A DNA stretch of 64,000 bases, taken from NCBI GenBank assembly GCA_900088475.1, contig FLMG01000914.1, forward strand, positions 21,399 through 85,398, in the 5' to 3' direction. The position numbers were made by a program, and so were the translations under genes. The stretch's first letter is position 1. Every line of letters starts with the position of its first letter. This stretch comes from Hyphochytrium catenoides (Eukaryota > Protista > Hyphochytriomycota). The notes below the pieces were generated by a model, which saw nothing but the letters and a program-made list of their open reading frames with translations, did no database searches and was not told where the DNA came from. Below, one piece after another: positions 13,534 to 24,852 of the stretch.

Positions 13534-14596
13534 ATGCAGACCCCTCAGGCAGAGCGACCAGGGTCAGGTGGGCCGTGCGTCGTCTGCGCCATTGAGGCGC
13601 CTCTGTGGATTCTGCCATCCCCGCCTCTGCACCCCAAGACCTGCTTAGTAAAGAAGACGGAGAGCACAGCAGATGGCTGGGACTATCAGCAGCTTGCCCT
13701 CTCCTGGCTGGCAGCCCAAATGCCGAAGTCAGATGTCAATGGGAGCTCTTGTACCTCCTGGACAGGAGGAGAGAATGCAGCGCTCACCTTGCACGAGACA
13801 GACCTAGAGCTGGGCAACCTGCTGATAGTTCAAGAAGGAGCGGAGTATGAGCTGAGAGAGGCACACCTTCGAGGCTGCTGTCACATAGAGTATCCACTAA
13901 GAGAGACGGCACAGCAGAGAGAAGGCATGGAGAAGCGCAGCGCAGTATGCTTCCTCGTAGAGAGGGAGAAGGAGGACGTCTTTTTCCCTGGCACGCCACT
14001 CTCTCCCCAGTCTCAGGGCCTTGTGAGCTCTCAGGATTGTGAGAAGGACGAGATTAGGAGGAGCCACTGGTGCTTGTTGCTAAGTGGGCTGAGCTTTGAA
14101 TCCGCTAAGACATTGATGGACGGACTGCGAATGTACTTCCCTCACCTCTCTCTCTCTTCTTGCCTACTCACGTCTCCTGTTCCGCATCACCCTTCCTCGC
14201 TATCTTGCCCTCCGGACCGACAGATGGACAGCCAGTCTTCGTACGACGTTCCAAGATACTTCTCTTCTCCTGATCAAGAAAGAAAGCCTCTTAAACGGCC
14301 GAGGATGGCCATTAGCCCCGCCAAGTTCTATACTTCGCCGCCTACCTCTTCAGGTCCCTCTCTTTCTCGACCCAGTCAGGCGCTGCAGTCTTGGCAGAGA
14401 CGGATGGAGCTGCTGAAGTCCATTCTGAGGAGGATGCCAGGCGGAGGGCCCAGTGTGGGACCTTTAGAGAGGACGAGTCAGTCTTTTCCCAAGCAGGTCC
14501 TGCACACCATCATCTTCATCTCTTTCATCTGTCACATTCAGGTGGTTCTGTCGTCTGTCATAACCATGAAGTCTTCTTACATTCTAGTCCTCATGT

Positions 14597-14642
<46 letters not shown>

Positions 14643-17600
14643 GCTCAAGAGCTCTCTTGATCTCTCCCTCTTGACCTTTCCCCAGCTTTTAACTTTCAGG
14701 TTCGGTCCTACATTCTTTCAGTCTCTCTACTCTTCGCTTTTGCTCGAAAGCTACTCTTGCTGCTTAGATCCACTGTTGTACTCTTCCAACCTTTAACACT
14801 CTGGCTGCTCCCCACAGTCCATGGCCTTCGACTACTTGGACTCTCTCGTACGGTCGGCTGCCGCAGAGGGCAGGCCCTCAGAGGACCTTCGAGTCTTCTG
14901 CTTTGAGACGCCGTTACATGGGAAGCGGCGCTTTCTAGTATGCGAGATCGGGGCTTTCCTCTGTCAGGTGAGAACTTGACCAAGGTTCTCGCAGCCAGTG
15001 ATTGCCTTCAGGGACGAAGCTTCCCGTCGATTGTCGGTGGAGTTCGCTCTGTTTCTCTCCCTTTTTTGTTTCTTGTCTACTGCTCTTGGCAAGCCCTTCA
15101 CCGTCTATTCTCCCCGCTGTCACTTCTTCCTCCAGCCGTCCAATCGCCCATCCAGCGCTTAACGTTTGACCTGCAGTATGCTTCTATGCCTGCAAGCTAT
15201 CGACACGTATACGAGATTGTACGGGAGGGCACACCTTGTCGGCTATACTTCGATATGGGTGAGAGAAAGAGAGAACAGCCAAACAGTTGACACTGATGTA
15301 CTTAAATTGCTGTATCTTTCTCCCTTCTTTGACTTAGAGTTTGATCGCTCCCTCAACCAGGCGAGAGATGAAGACTTACTAGTCTCCACGTGGCTCTCCC
15401 TGGTTGGATCACACCTCCTGCGGTCTTTTGGAGTGACTCTGAGAGAAGAAAACGTGCTCCAGTTGGACTCTTCTACTTCCACCAAGTTCAGTCGTCACCT
15501 CATAGTAAGTGGCAGTAGATAGGATGTCACGTTACGAGGGTCAGATGCTGAGGACAGAGGTCTAGCGGAAAGACGTCTTTCCTTGTATTAGATAGGAGAG
15601 GAGCAAAGACAGTGACTATCATCGTTTTTCCTTTTCTGAACCTCAGATCGACATGGACGGAGCTCTTTTCAAGGACAACCTGCACGCCGGACAGGTGCGC
15701 CTCACAGAGCATAGCTCTGTTGATTCCCTAGGGCCTGTGATCTCATTGTCTGCCCCACGATAACTCGGTGTCTCTTTTTCTTTCTCTCTCTCCTCTCTGT
15801 CTTTCTTTCTGTCTCAAACCTCTCTCTAGTTCTTCCTCTTCTTGCTCGTTACCCTGTCATGATCTTACTTATTCTCTCATCCCGGGCTCCAGTTTGTAAG
15901 GGAGATCGTATACGAGCTAAAGGATAGGGTAGCCCAAGATGACTCCAGTGTCCCAACGGAGAGAGAAGAGACTGGGAACACTTCAGACTTGAAATCTCTC
16001 TGGGTCACTTGCTCTGACAACCAGCAGCGCTTGTTGGTGGACCTGGGCGTCTACACTAGGTAAGGGATATTTTAGGACAGGAAGGGTTTCATTGACAGAA
16101 AGAGAATGAGAGAAGGAATACGAGATAAGGAGGAACAGGCAAGAATCAGGAAACAGGAAAATGAAACCTGGAAGGAGACGTTGAGAGAGACACTGAAAAA
16201 AAAACAGAGATTGAACGAGATGGAAGGAAAGCAAGAAGTCAGTACTTTCTTCACCGCCTCCTCATGCCTAACTTAAAGATATCTGTAGGAATCGAGCCTT
16301 TCGCCTTCCTTATTCTTCAAAGTACGGCAAGCAAGCTTTCCTGCTCCCCATGCCTTTGTCGACGCAGAAGAGCTTCATCAGTTTATCTTTTAAGGAGATT
16401 GTCCTTCGGGCACTTGTCTGCCCCTGTGGCAGGACAGCGCGAGGTAGCAGTGCGAAGCGTGTTAGCTGCGACGGAGGGAAGCGCGGGAGTAGGGAGGAGG
16501 ATAGAGAGGACAAGGAAAGAGGCGGCCAAGAGAGAAAGGAGGAAGAGATTGGAAAGCACGGGGCTTCAGGTATCTCCCTTATCAACAGAAGAGGGAGAGA
16601 GTGGGACAGCGAAGGAGATAGACAGAGGGAAAGGGAGGGAATAAAGAGGGTGAAAGACAGAGAATGGAGAGATAAGGCAACGACCAGGCGGACAAAGCTG
16701 AATCTCTTATGTGAATGCACTGGAGGCAAGGATCGAGGGATGATGTCTAGCTCTTCTCTCTCTCGCTCTCTCTCTTCTCTCTCTCTCTCTCTCTTTCTCT
16801 CTCCTGGGATGTTGAAAACAACGGCTCCTAGTAGGTTCTAACAATTGTCCCTCGTCAGGCGAGGGACAACAAGTTGCCAGCCACCTTCTATGTATGAGAC
16901 AATTGGACTTGAAAACCACTCGAGAGCTAGGGGCACTGCCCGGCGACCCGGAGACCTACTGCGCTTCGTACAGGAGAGACGGGGAAGAGAGAAGATCCGC
17001 CGGGCAGCGCTTGTCTCCGCCCTTGCTTTCTTTCTCCCAATATAGTCAGGAGTACCGGGCGGGTCAGGTGCCAGTGACATCCTCTTCTTTTGGCAGCTCA
17101 AAGTCTCCCTTCCCGATGGTTGATGACTTCATTGAGTACCTCATCACAAGAGGAACTGTGAAGGTAAACCATGCGGTCCTCTTTCGTGGCTTACACCCCG
17201 CTCTCTCTTTCTTTCTCTCTCAGCCTCTCTACCCTTTCGTTTGGTGGTCTCTATGCCCTCCGACTAGCCCTGGTATCGCTCTCTCTCATACTCCTTCCAT
17301 TCCTCTCCATCATCTTCTCTTTCTCTCTCTGTCTGTCTGTCATGTAGGGTGAGATCCGCTCCTGGTCCCTCTCTGGCGCCGGAGTGCAGCAGCGCCTGAC
17401 ATACAGCATCCTTCACTATCGATATTGCCATAACATTGGCAGGCACCATAAAAGCAACAACATCATCCTCGTGGTGGACCTGCAGGCACTTCTCTTCTAT
17501 CAAAAGTGCCTAGACCCCGACTGTAGAGAGGTCGATTATCGGTAAAAAGCGGAGCAATAGGGCTCTCTGCTTCCCATGGTTTTTCTTTCCCTCGAATTGA

Positions 17601-17783
17601 CCCCTAGATCCCCACTCGTCTCCACTTGAGACTCAGTCTTTCTCTGTTCTATGTCTAAGACATCGGTTCCGTCCTTTCAGGTCCCCACCTACGAAGCTTC
17701 CGGACGAGGTGGTGGCGGCTCTCACGGAGTATTTGGCTTTCCTTTCTTCTGACTCTACGAGTCTAGCAGAGAGAGATTCCTGA
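13534..17783 (+). CDS. PRIMPOL: DNA primase-polymerase PrimPol (AEP family with C-terminal Zn finger), multi-exon, with long N-terminal extension
   Basis: GKRRFLV; RHVYEIVREGTPCRLYFDM|EF (DxE motif); LDSSTSTKFSRHLI (SxH); FKDNLHAG; VDLGVYTR|NRAFRLPYSSKYGK; SPFPMVDDF; RYCHNIGRHHKSNNI..YQKCLDPDC Zn finger; stop TGA at 17781-17783. Confidence 0.93.
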
Positions 17784-17814
17784 ACCTTCATCATCTCTCT
17801 AATCCCTGTAGAGC

Positions 17815-18345
17815 TCACCCTCCAAGGCTAGACATGGGCTACTGCGAAAGGCTAGCGTCCTCCATTAAACCGCAATCTCTCGGCGATTGACCAGCGGACA
17901 ACGACAGACCTAACGAGGGTTATCAGGAGGGAAGGGAGGGAAATGTCTATACAGAGCTATCACAGACGAAGAAGATGATGGCTTGAATCATACCTATTCA
18001 CCGACAATTAATACTTTTAAAAGGTGGCATAATGTACACTAGAACCTGGAGGATGGTGACTGCAAAGGCTGCAAGTCATCAGCCAGATAGCGTTCCTATG
18101 GGCTTACATACTGGGACAGAAGAGAGACAGAATGGCACCTTCTCTCTCTGAGTAACGCCGCCCATCATCTCATTAAAAGTCGACACATATCCGAGGCAGC
18201 TATGGCCCATCTTCGGCCGTCTTGGTGGGTCGCCTAGTGAACAAAGGTGAAAGGGAAGAAAAATAGATAAGGAAATGCTACTTTGAACGACCAAAGCCCC
18301 TCTTCTCTCTTGGGACTCTGTTCTTTCCTCTCTTGCTTCGTAGTC
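17815..18345. repeat. Diverged direct repeat, copy 1 (partner at 23529-24045)
   Basis: Shared blocks such as cataatgtacactagaacctg, actgcaaaggctgca, gagacagaatggcaccttctctct and aaaagtcgacacatatccgaggcagctatggcccatcttcggccg occur in the same order in both copies. Confidence 0.9.
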
Positions 18346-18581
18346 CTCGAGCGAGCTTCGAACAACACTCGTTTGACATAAAAGAGTACATAACCAAAAT
18401 AGTAGGCTCCTGCCGCTTTCCGCTTAGAGCCTTTTTAGGACGCCCATAACTCTACTATGCGATCCATGCTTGTATGTGATACACAGCGGTGGACGTTGGC
18501 GTCGTGTTGCCAGGAAGGAAGTCTCACTCTGCAACCGGAGATCATGCCACTGGGAGTTGAGCATGCTTTCATCAGATCTCG

Positions 18582-18712
18582 TCCTCCTCGTTTGAGGGGG
18601 AAGGAGAGGGTCAAACTCCATCGGGAAGCGCTTCTCTCTTAGATAAAAAGGAAAACGCCTCCTGGCCTTCGCCGTCCCCACTCAAGCTCTCCTTCTCCTC
18701 AAACGAGGAGGA
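18582..18712. repeat. Inverted repeat / long hairpin
   Basis: tcctcctcgtttgagggggaaggagag (18582-18608) pairs with ctctccttctcctcaaacgaggagga (18687-18712); the first 16 bp pair perfectly. Confidence 0.8.
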
Positions 18713-19258
18713 GGCGGGCGGACCCTTCCTAGCATTGGCAAGACAAAAGAAGTAACGCGTCCTTTTCTTTGATGCATCGTCTCTCTTCGCTCTTATATTA
18801 ACGTTTGTTACCCGTTGATTTCTTACTTCTCTTCGTGCAAGCTAGTAGACCTACCTTGTCTCCTCGATAAGGGCGAACTCTATGGCCTGGTACTACTGAA
18901 GAGATGATCGCCGTAGGAGTACTAAGAGAAGAAGAAGAAGATAAAGAGTAGCCCCAAGACGACAAGAACAGAGATCTTTAAACGGGAGAAGCCGGCTGGT
19001 AAGAGCCTTCTCTTTAGATAGACTTGATATAAAGCATATATTTTGCATATATAGTATGGGGCACTTCCGCTCTGATCACGTCATCATCGCCTCTGTACTC
19101 TCTCTTCTCTCTCCTCCGGTGTGATCCACCACGTTGAGTTTACCTTTCCTTCTTCTCCTTCCAACAAGCCCGAGGTAGGTGGAGCGGAGGGCCTCACGCT
19201 GCTGACCTATATCGCGTTTCTATAAGTGCTACGTTTATAGTAGAAAGCCTACCAAGCG

Positions 19259-19938
19259 TTAATCTTCTAGACAGGCCTTAGGTACGGGGCGCGGTAGAGA
19301 CTTAGGTAGGGGACGCGGTCGAGAGTTAGGTGCAGTGGAGGGCTTAGAAGGGCTCACTTCTTCTGCGAGTCGTCGTCTCACAACCCTATTGCCCCCGCCC
19401 TTCTCTGCGTCGGGGTTAAATGTGTACGAGACACTTTGGAGGCAGGGATGGGCAAAAGGCCAAGGGACAGCAGCGATAGCGCCACCAATATCCGTCCGTA
19501 CCGTTGGCATCAAGGAGAATCTCTCCCGTTCCTGGGAACACCCTACGTGGCAATGAACCGAGGAAGGGATGTGAAAAGAACTCGGCAGTTGCGCCCGAAT
19601 CTTCTTCTTTCTGTCGCTGTAGCGGGGCTCCATAGCTTAACATTCGGAGAATACACCTCTAGCTCCCTGTAGTACGATAGAAGGACATCGTCTTGAAGAA
19701 CCTCTTTCCAGCATGCATTGGCAGTACGTGGCGGCTGGCATAGATACCGTTCAACCGGAGCATAGGACGAGAGCTTCCTCTTGCTTACGGGCGCTTCGAG
19801 GGCGCTTTCATAGAGAGCTCCTGCGGAACCGCTCTTTAGGGCTTGGGGAAGCTGTTCAGGAGCCGCAGTAGCTGTGTAAGGCTGAACTGAGAAGAGCGCA
19901 GAGATGAGAAAGAGCGACAGAGAAGATAGGGTGTTCAT
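19259..19938 (-). pseudogene. Secreted Cys-containing protein, paralog A (two apparent +1 frameshifts)
   Basis: Signal peptide MNTLSSLSLFLISALF. Three overlapping ORFs each align to consecutive parts of paralog B: YLCQPPRTANACW / LPRRVFPG..YRCCPL / HPCLQSVSYTFNP..RRRL..RPVPKACLE. Confidence 0.7.
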
Positions 19939-20067
19939 GGTAGACTTTTGCTTGCTTGCAGGAAATCTTTCTCCCCTGGTCCTCTGAAGTTTGGACCTGT
20001 GGTTTCCCTTCTGCTCTCAGGTCTGGTGGCGCGGTAGAATGCTGCTGTGGCTGTCGGGCGAGTGTCC

Positions 20068-20102
20068 GGCGCTTGAGGATTCAGAGGAATGTTGCCGAAT
20101 GA
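20068..20102 (-). promoter_or_regulatory. Conserved upstream motif of paralog A (TCATTC..AACATTCCTCTGAA; initiator-like)
   Basis: The same motif lies a similar distance upstream of the ATG in paralog B. It loosely resembles the oomycete INR/FPR core promoter. Confidence 0.35.
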
Positions 20103-20376
20103 GAGGTGTGAAGGCAAAGGAGCGGCAGAGGGAAGGGGGAAAGTCCATTAGAGAAAGCTAAGAAAGCGCAAATAAGCCCTTCTTCTTCTTCTTCTCTGTA
20201 AGCGAGGAGGAGGACGAAAGGATTGCAGAGAGGGAAGGACAGAGGAAGGATGCAGCAAGGAGGACCAACAACAAGGAAGTAACTCTGATAAAAGCCACGG
20301 ACAGACAGGGCGAAAGAGAAGAAAGAGACCGACAGGGAGGAGTGCACTTGCTAGGGAAGCCGTGGCTGAAGAGTAG

Positions 20377-20418
<42 letters not shown>

Positions 20419-21840
20419 AGAGGTAGAACTCTGAGAGCAAAAGATAGCCAGAGGAGGAGGCAAGAGGCCGTGAAAAAGCAGGCAGGGGAGGCGTAGAAAG
20501 AGACAGAGAGTGAGTCAGTAGTTCTATTATTACTATTCACAGGTGTTTAGGTTTTTTGTGCTTGGTTCTACCATCGCCTTCAACCTCTTGATAAATATAA
20601 AATAGACTAGACAAGTAGACACGAAACAGTAGAAAAAAGAAAGAAAAAAGAGGCTATAATTTTGGCGAAAGTGCCATTTTATAACTACTACTATACTTTA
20701 TTTTCACGTCATTAACGGTCTGATAAAAGCGTAGGAAACGGTTGTACTTTTATTTACTTACTAGTTGGAGAAACTAATAAGCGGAGTAACTACATACTAG
20801 ACGTTATGCATAGCCTACGAGTACTGCCGTCTCTACCACCTCCACACTCCACCACACCACCACTACTAGAGAAGACCTCCGGCAACAGCTCCAGGAAGCT
20901 GACCCAAGATCGCATCCTCCATATGCGCAGGCAGGGGCATCCGGTGGAAGACCATTTCAGCATTGCAACGTTGCAAGAGGACAGAGATTCGTCTGTAAGG
21001 GTGGTAGTGAGACATGAGAGAGGAAGACCTACACTCCCACACCTATCAAAGATAGCCCTAAGCCATTCTTTCAAGGTCAAATGAACGGTTTCCGTTGCCC
21101 CGCCACGGTTGTACTGTACGGGTCACACTGTTCACTGATACTAATAAAATATACATAAAGTAGTTCTACTGCTCTAGTAGTTAACCGAAAGTAAAGTACT
21201 CCTACCAGTAGTACTAAGTACTAATACTACAGAGCCCGAAACTTCGAACTCAGGGGCCACATAATATAACAGTCTTGGCTCTCCTCGAACGGCAACATCC
21301 TAGCCTCTGTTCCCTCGCGGCCGCCGCCAGCGTCAGTGGTCAGTCTCTTCTCGCACTTTTTATGCGGTGTCTTGACGTACTTTCTTGACGTTGCCCATGA
21401 CCCATGACGGCGGGTTTCCATTCTTCATCGACTTGCAGCAGCAGGAAGCACCAGCCCTTTCCTTTCTAACACTATCACCTCCTTCTCTGGAAGAAAAAAC
21501 TGACTCTCTCTCGCTTGCTGTCTTCACCTCTTCTCTTTCTTTTGCTCCTTATCCTCGTCCCTCCTCTCGCGCTGTGTCTCTTTTTGCCTCGCTTTTGTCC
21601 GTCTTTGTCTCACTCTCTCCACAATCTTTTACCAACAGCGATTGATCTTGGGGGTTTGTTCTCTTTCGTCCCCCTCTCTGTTTCTCCTCCCTGCCTGCCT
21701 CTGCTCCTCCTTCCACTTCTCTTCAACTGCTTCCGACTAGCCGGCTTGCGCCTTCTCTCCGTCGTTGTCTGCAATCTTTCTTTCTCTTATGTGGCCTATC
21801 TCCTTCTCGTTCTTATCTGACTCTCCTTTTACTTCTCCGT

Positions 21841-21876
21841 TCATTCCATAACATTCCTCTGAACCTACAAGCGCCC
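21841..21876 (+). promoter_or_regulatory. Conserved upstream motif of paralog B (initiator-like)
   Basis: tcattccataacattcctctgaacctacaagcgccc matches the reverse complement of 20068-20102. Confidence 0.35.
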
Positions 21877-22011
21877 GGCTGGTCACACACCCGTGGAGAC
21901 CAGCTGCAGAAGTCAAAGGCACGAGCACCCAGCAGCGAAGAGGGCCATAAACACATCCAGACTACTGAAGACCAGAGGAGAAAGACTGTCTCAAGCAAAC
22001 AGGAATCCGCC

Positions 22012-22688
22012 ATGAACACCTCATCTTCTCTATCACTTCTTCTCGTCGCTGCTCTCTTCGCAGCGGGACCTCTTTCAGCCATTGGTGCTCCTCATAAGCT
22101 GTCCCAAGGCCTCAGGCGCAAGCATGCAGCAGCCATCGATGAACAAGTCGCTGAAGCCCCGTGACTGAGAGAAAACTCACTAGCGGCGCCCCGGCTGACG
22201 ATTACTTATGCCATCCCCCGCGTACTGCACATGCATGTTGGCAAAAAGTTCCTCAAGACGACGCCTTTTTGAAATACTATAGGTGGCTGGAAGACAAGCA
22301 TCCCAGCCGCTACTGGCGGCTATGGTCCCCCGCTACGGCGGAAGAGGAAGAAAATCGACAAGCAGCTGTCGTAGAGCCCGAACTCGGCGACATTCCACCT
22401 CCTCTGCCAGAAAGAGTGTTCCCAGGGAGCGAAGAGATAGTCGCCAATGGCAAGGATACGAGCGGCTGGAGTTATCGCTGCTGCCCCTTACCTCCTACCC
22501 ATCCCTGCCTCGCAAATGTCTCTTACGAGCTTAATCCCGGCAAATGGATCACTTTGTCCGTCGCACGACGACGACTCACACCTCAAGCGACTCCTGCTCC
22601 TTCTGCCTCTAACCCTACTAGCCCGATACCTCCTACACAGTCAGGGCGTCCCGTACCACAGTCTTGTCTAGAGAAGGTTCTCGAGTAA
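22012..22688 (+). pseudogene. Secreted Cys-containing protein, paralog B (one apparent frameshift at C-run 22157-22160)
   Basis: ATG 22012 gives MNTSSSLSLLLVAALFAAGPLSA.. which stops at gcc ccg tga. The -1 frame continues VTERKLTS..YLCHPPRTAHACW..RVFPG..YRCCPL..HPCL..RRRL..PVPQSCLE. Confidence 0.7.
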
Positions 22689-23528
22689 GCTTTCCTCTGC
22701 TGAAGTAGCAGCTCCTGCAAATACGGCAGCGAATTTAGCAGCGTGCGCCCGCCGGCCTGCCAGCTGCCTAACTCGGGTAGAGTGGAGGAAGTGAGAAGTG
22801 AACAAGCGCAAAAGCTCGATGTGGGCGGTGTTACAAAATGACGGGAAAGAGAGGAGAGACAATGATGATTATGGACTATGATAGGCGTGAGGACCCATCG
22901 TCCATGCTTTACACACTATATATAATAGAAGGCTGTTACCACTTGCTTCTACTTTTTGAAGGTTAGGTAGCTCGCAAACACTGAAGGACAGAAAGATAGA
23001 AATGACCGAAAGGGGAAAGAAGGTAGCGAGGAAGAAGAAGGGGTCACACCGCAGGCAAGAGAAAGCAAGCACTGTCAACGTCTTTTACCGGTTCTTCTGC
23101 ATACACTTTCTAGAGGAGGTATCGCTAGAGTCTTCTGATGAAAATCTACCTACAGAAGATATCCTTGTCGTCGTCCATTATCCCTTACAGAATGAGGAAA
23201 GAAAGAAGGATGAGCTTTATCTCTGTTTCTTCCTTACATATTCTTCCCTCTTTCTCAGCTCAGACGATGCTTTATTCATACTGGAGAGGAAGAGAATATG
23301 GTGATTCCTAGCCAAAGTCTCATCAATCTGCTGTACTTGGCGCGCAAACTTTCAAGTCCAAGCCACGCTCCTCCAGTTTTCTCCTGGGTAACGAAGAAGT
23401 GATAGCGCACGTCCAGCAGACGTTTTGCCGGGGTTAGTAAGGAGACGACGAACAGTGATAAGAACCACGGCAATAGATTTTTAAAGCGCTATCATATAGA
23501 GAGTCCTCGTCTGAGGCCATAGTAGTGT

Positions 23529-24045
23529 CACCCCTCCTAGAGGAACAAGGGCTGCTGCGGGAGGCTAGCGTTCTTGACCAAGGCGCACTCTCTTGTCTAT
23601 CGACCGAGCGGACAACGATAGACCCTAAAGAAGACTATACGGTAGCAGGGGAGGGTTAATGTTGATACAGAGCTGTCACTGACAACCATGATGATGGCTT
23701 GATTCATATATCTATTCACTTACAATAACTTAGAAGGACATAATGTACACTAGAACCTGAAGGGTGGCGACTGCAAAGGCTGCAACCCATCAGCCAGATT
23801 GAGATTCTATGGGCTTACAGACTGGAACAGAGGAGAGACAGAATGGCACCTTCTCTCTGAAAGTAAGGCCGCCTATCGTCTCGTTAAAAGTCGACACATA
23901 TCCGAGGCAGCTATGGCCCATCTTCGGCCGCCTTGGATTGACTATTGAACAAGCGCAAAAGGGAAGAAACAACAAACGAAGAACTATAAACAACAAAGGC
24001 CCCTCTTCTCTTATGGGACTCCTTCTCTCTTGGTTCGAAGTCCTA
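23529..24045. repeat. Diverged direct repeat, copy 2 (3' flank of the intronless phosphatase)
   Basis: See copy 1. Homology ends at about the phosphatase stop codon (aggact.cgaa.caagagag on the minus strand). Confidence 0.9.
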
Positions 24046-24852
24046 GGCCACAACGACAGCTGTCTGTTGCCTGTCATCACAGCTCAAGTGCGACGTTGCC
24101 TTTACCAGATCGTCATAGTTGAGATAGTCTTCGTCAATGGGCTCGTCATCGTCATCGTACCAGCATTCGTCCTCTCCGAGGTACTCTCTGTACTGATCAA
24201 GCATTTTATCCACCGAGAACATCGCTGCCAATTTAGTCCTTACATCCCCGTTCCAGTCCGCAAACTGGGTGATGAGGATAGTCCAGAGATGCGTAAGAGC
24301 ATCGTCCGCCTCGTCATCATAGAAAGAAGGGACAGGAATGCCGTTGCTTGGTTGCAGGAGGAAAGAGGCGAAGTTGTTGTCGACGAGGATGGTTCGTGCC
24401 ATGTTAGGGCTGGCCACGTAGAGATCCTTCAGGTACATCTCGGCCTTCTGCACACAGGAATCCCTGTAGAAAACCTTCTTAAAGAGCTGCTGGTCAGGGT
24501 CGAGCACCTTCACCACTGCTTCGCCATAGATCTCCTCAGCTGCGGAGTAGAGGTAGAGGTCAAAGTGCTGGGCGGCCTTTTCAAGAAAGGCATCAAGTCC
24601 AGGTCTCTTGTTCACAATGGCTCCTTCTCCGTCTGACATGATAATCTCAAAGGAGTCTGGGTAGCTATTGTCAAGGTCTGGACGGTCCTCTGCCTGTCGA
24701 TAGTCTCGCACCTGCCCTAAGAACCGTGTATGTACCAGGCACTCGTCCATGTCTAACACAAGGGCTATCTTCTCATCGTACTTGGTGTAGAGCATAGCTT
24801 CGCTGTCATAGAGGTTGCTGACCAGAGAGTCTGGGGACACAGGCGGCTTCAT
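24043..24852 (-). CDS. CTD small phosphatase-like (SCP/NIF), intronless paralog
   Basis: 269-aa ORF with LVLDMDECLVHT, YRQAEDRP, IVNKRPGLDAFL, YLKDL, ILVDNN, SNGIPVPSFYDD and an acidic C-terminal tail. Confidence 0.95.
   Translation of the reverse strand: MKPPVSPDSLVSNLYDSEAMLYTKYDEKIALVLDMDECLVHTRFLGQVRDYRQAEDRPDLDNSYPDSFEIIMSDGEGAIVNKRPGLDAFLEKAAQHFDLYLYSAAEEIYGEAVVKVLDPDQQLFKKVFYRDSCVQKAEMYLKDLYVASPNMARTILVDNNFASFLLQPSNGIPVPSFYDDEADDALTHLWTILITQFADWNGDVRTKLAAMFSVDKMLDQYREYLGEDECWYDDDDEPIDEDYLNYDDLVKATSHLSCDDRQQTAVVVA

Noticed and set aside
17940-17990. ATACAGAG and GATGATGG blocks suggesting U6 or a C/D snoRNA in the duplicated segment
   Set aside because: No further U6 similarity, and the C box is not conserved between the two copies.
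23809-24636. 275-aa plus-strand ORF
   Set aside because: Antisense shadow of the SCP phosphatase.
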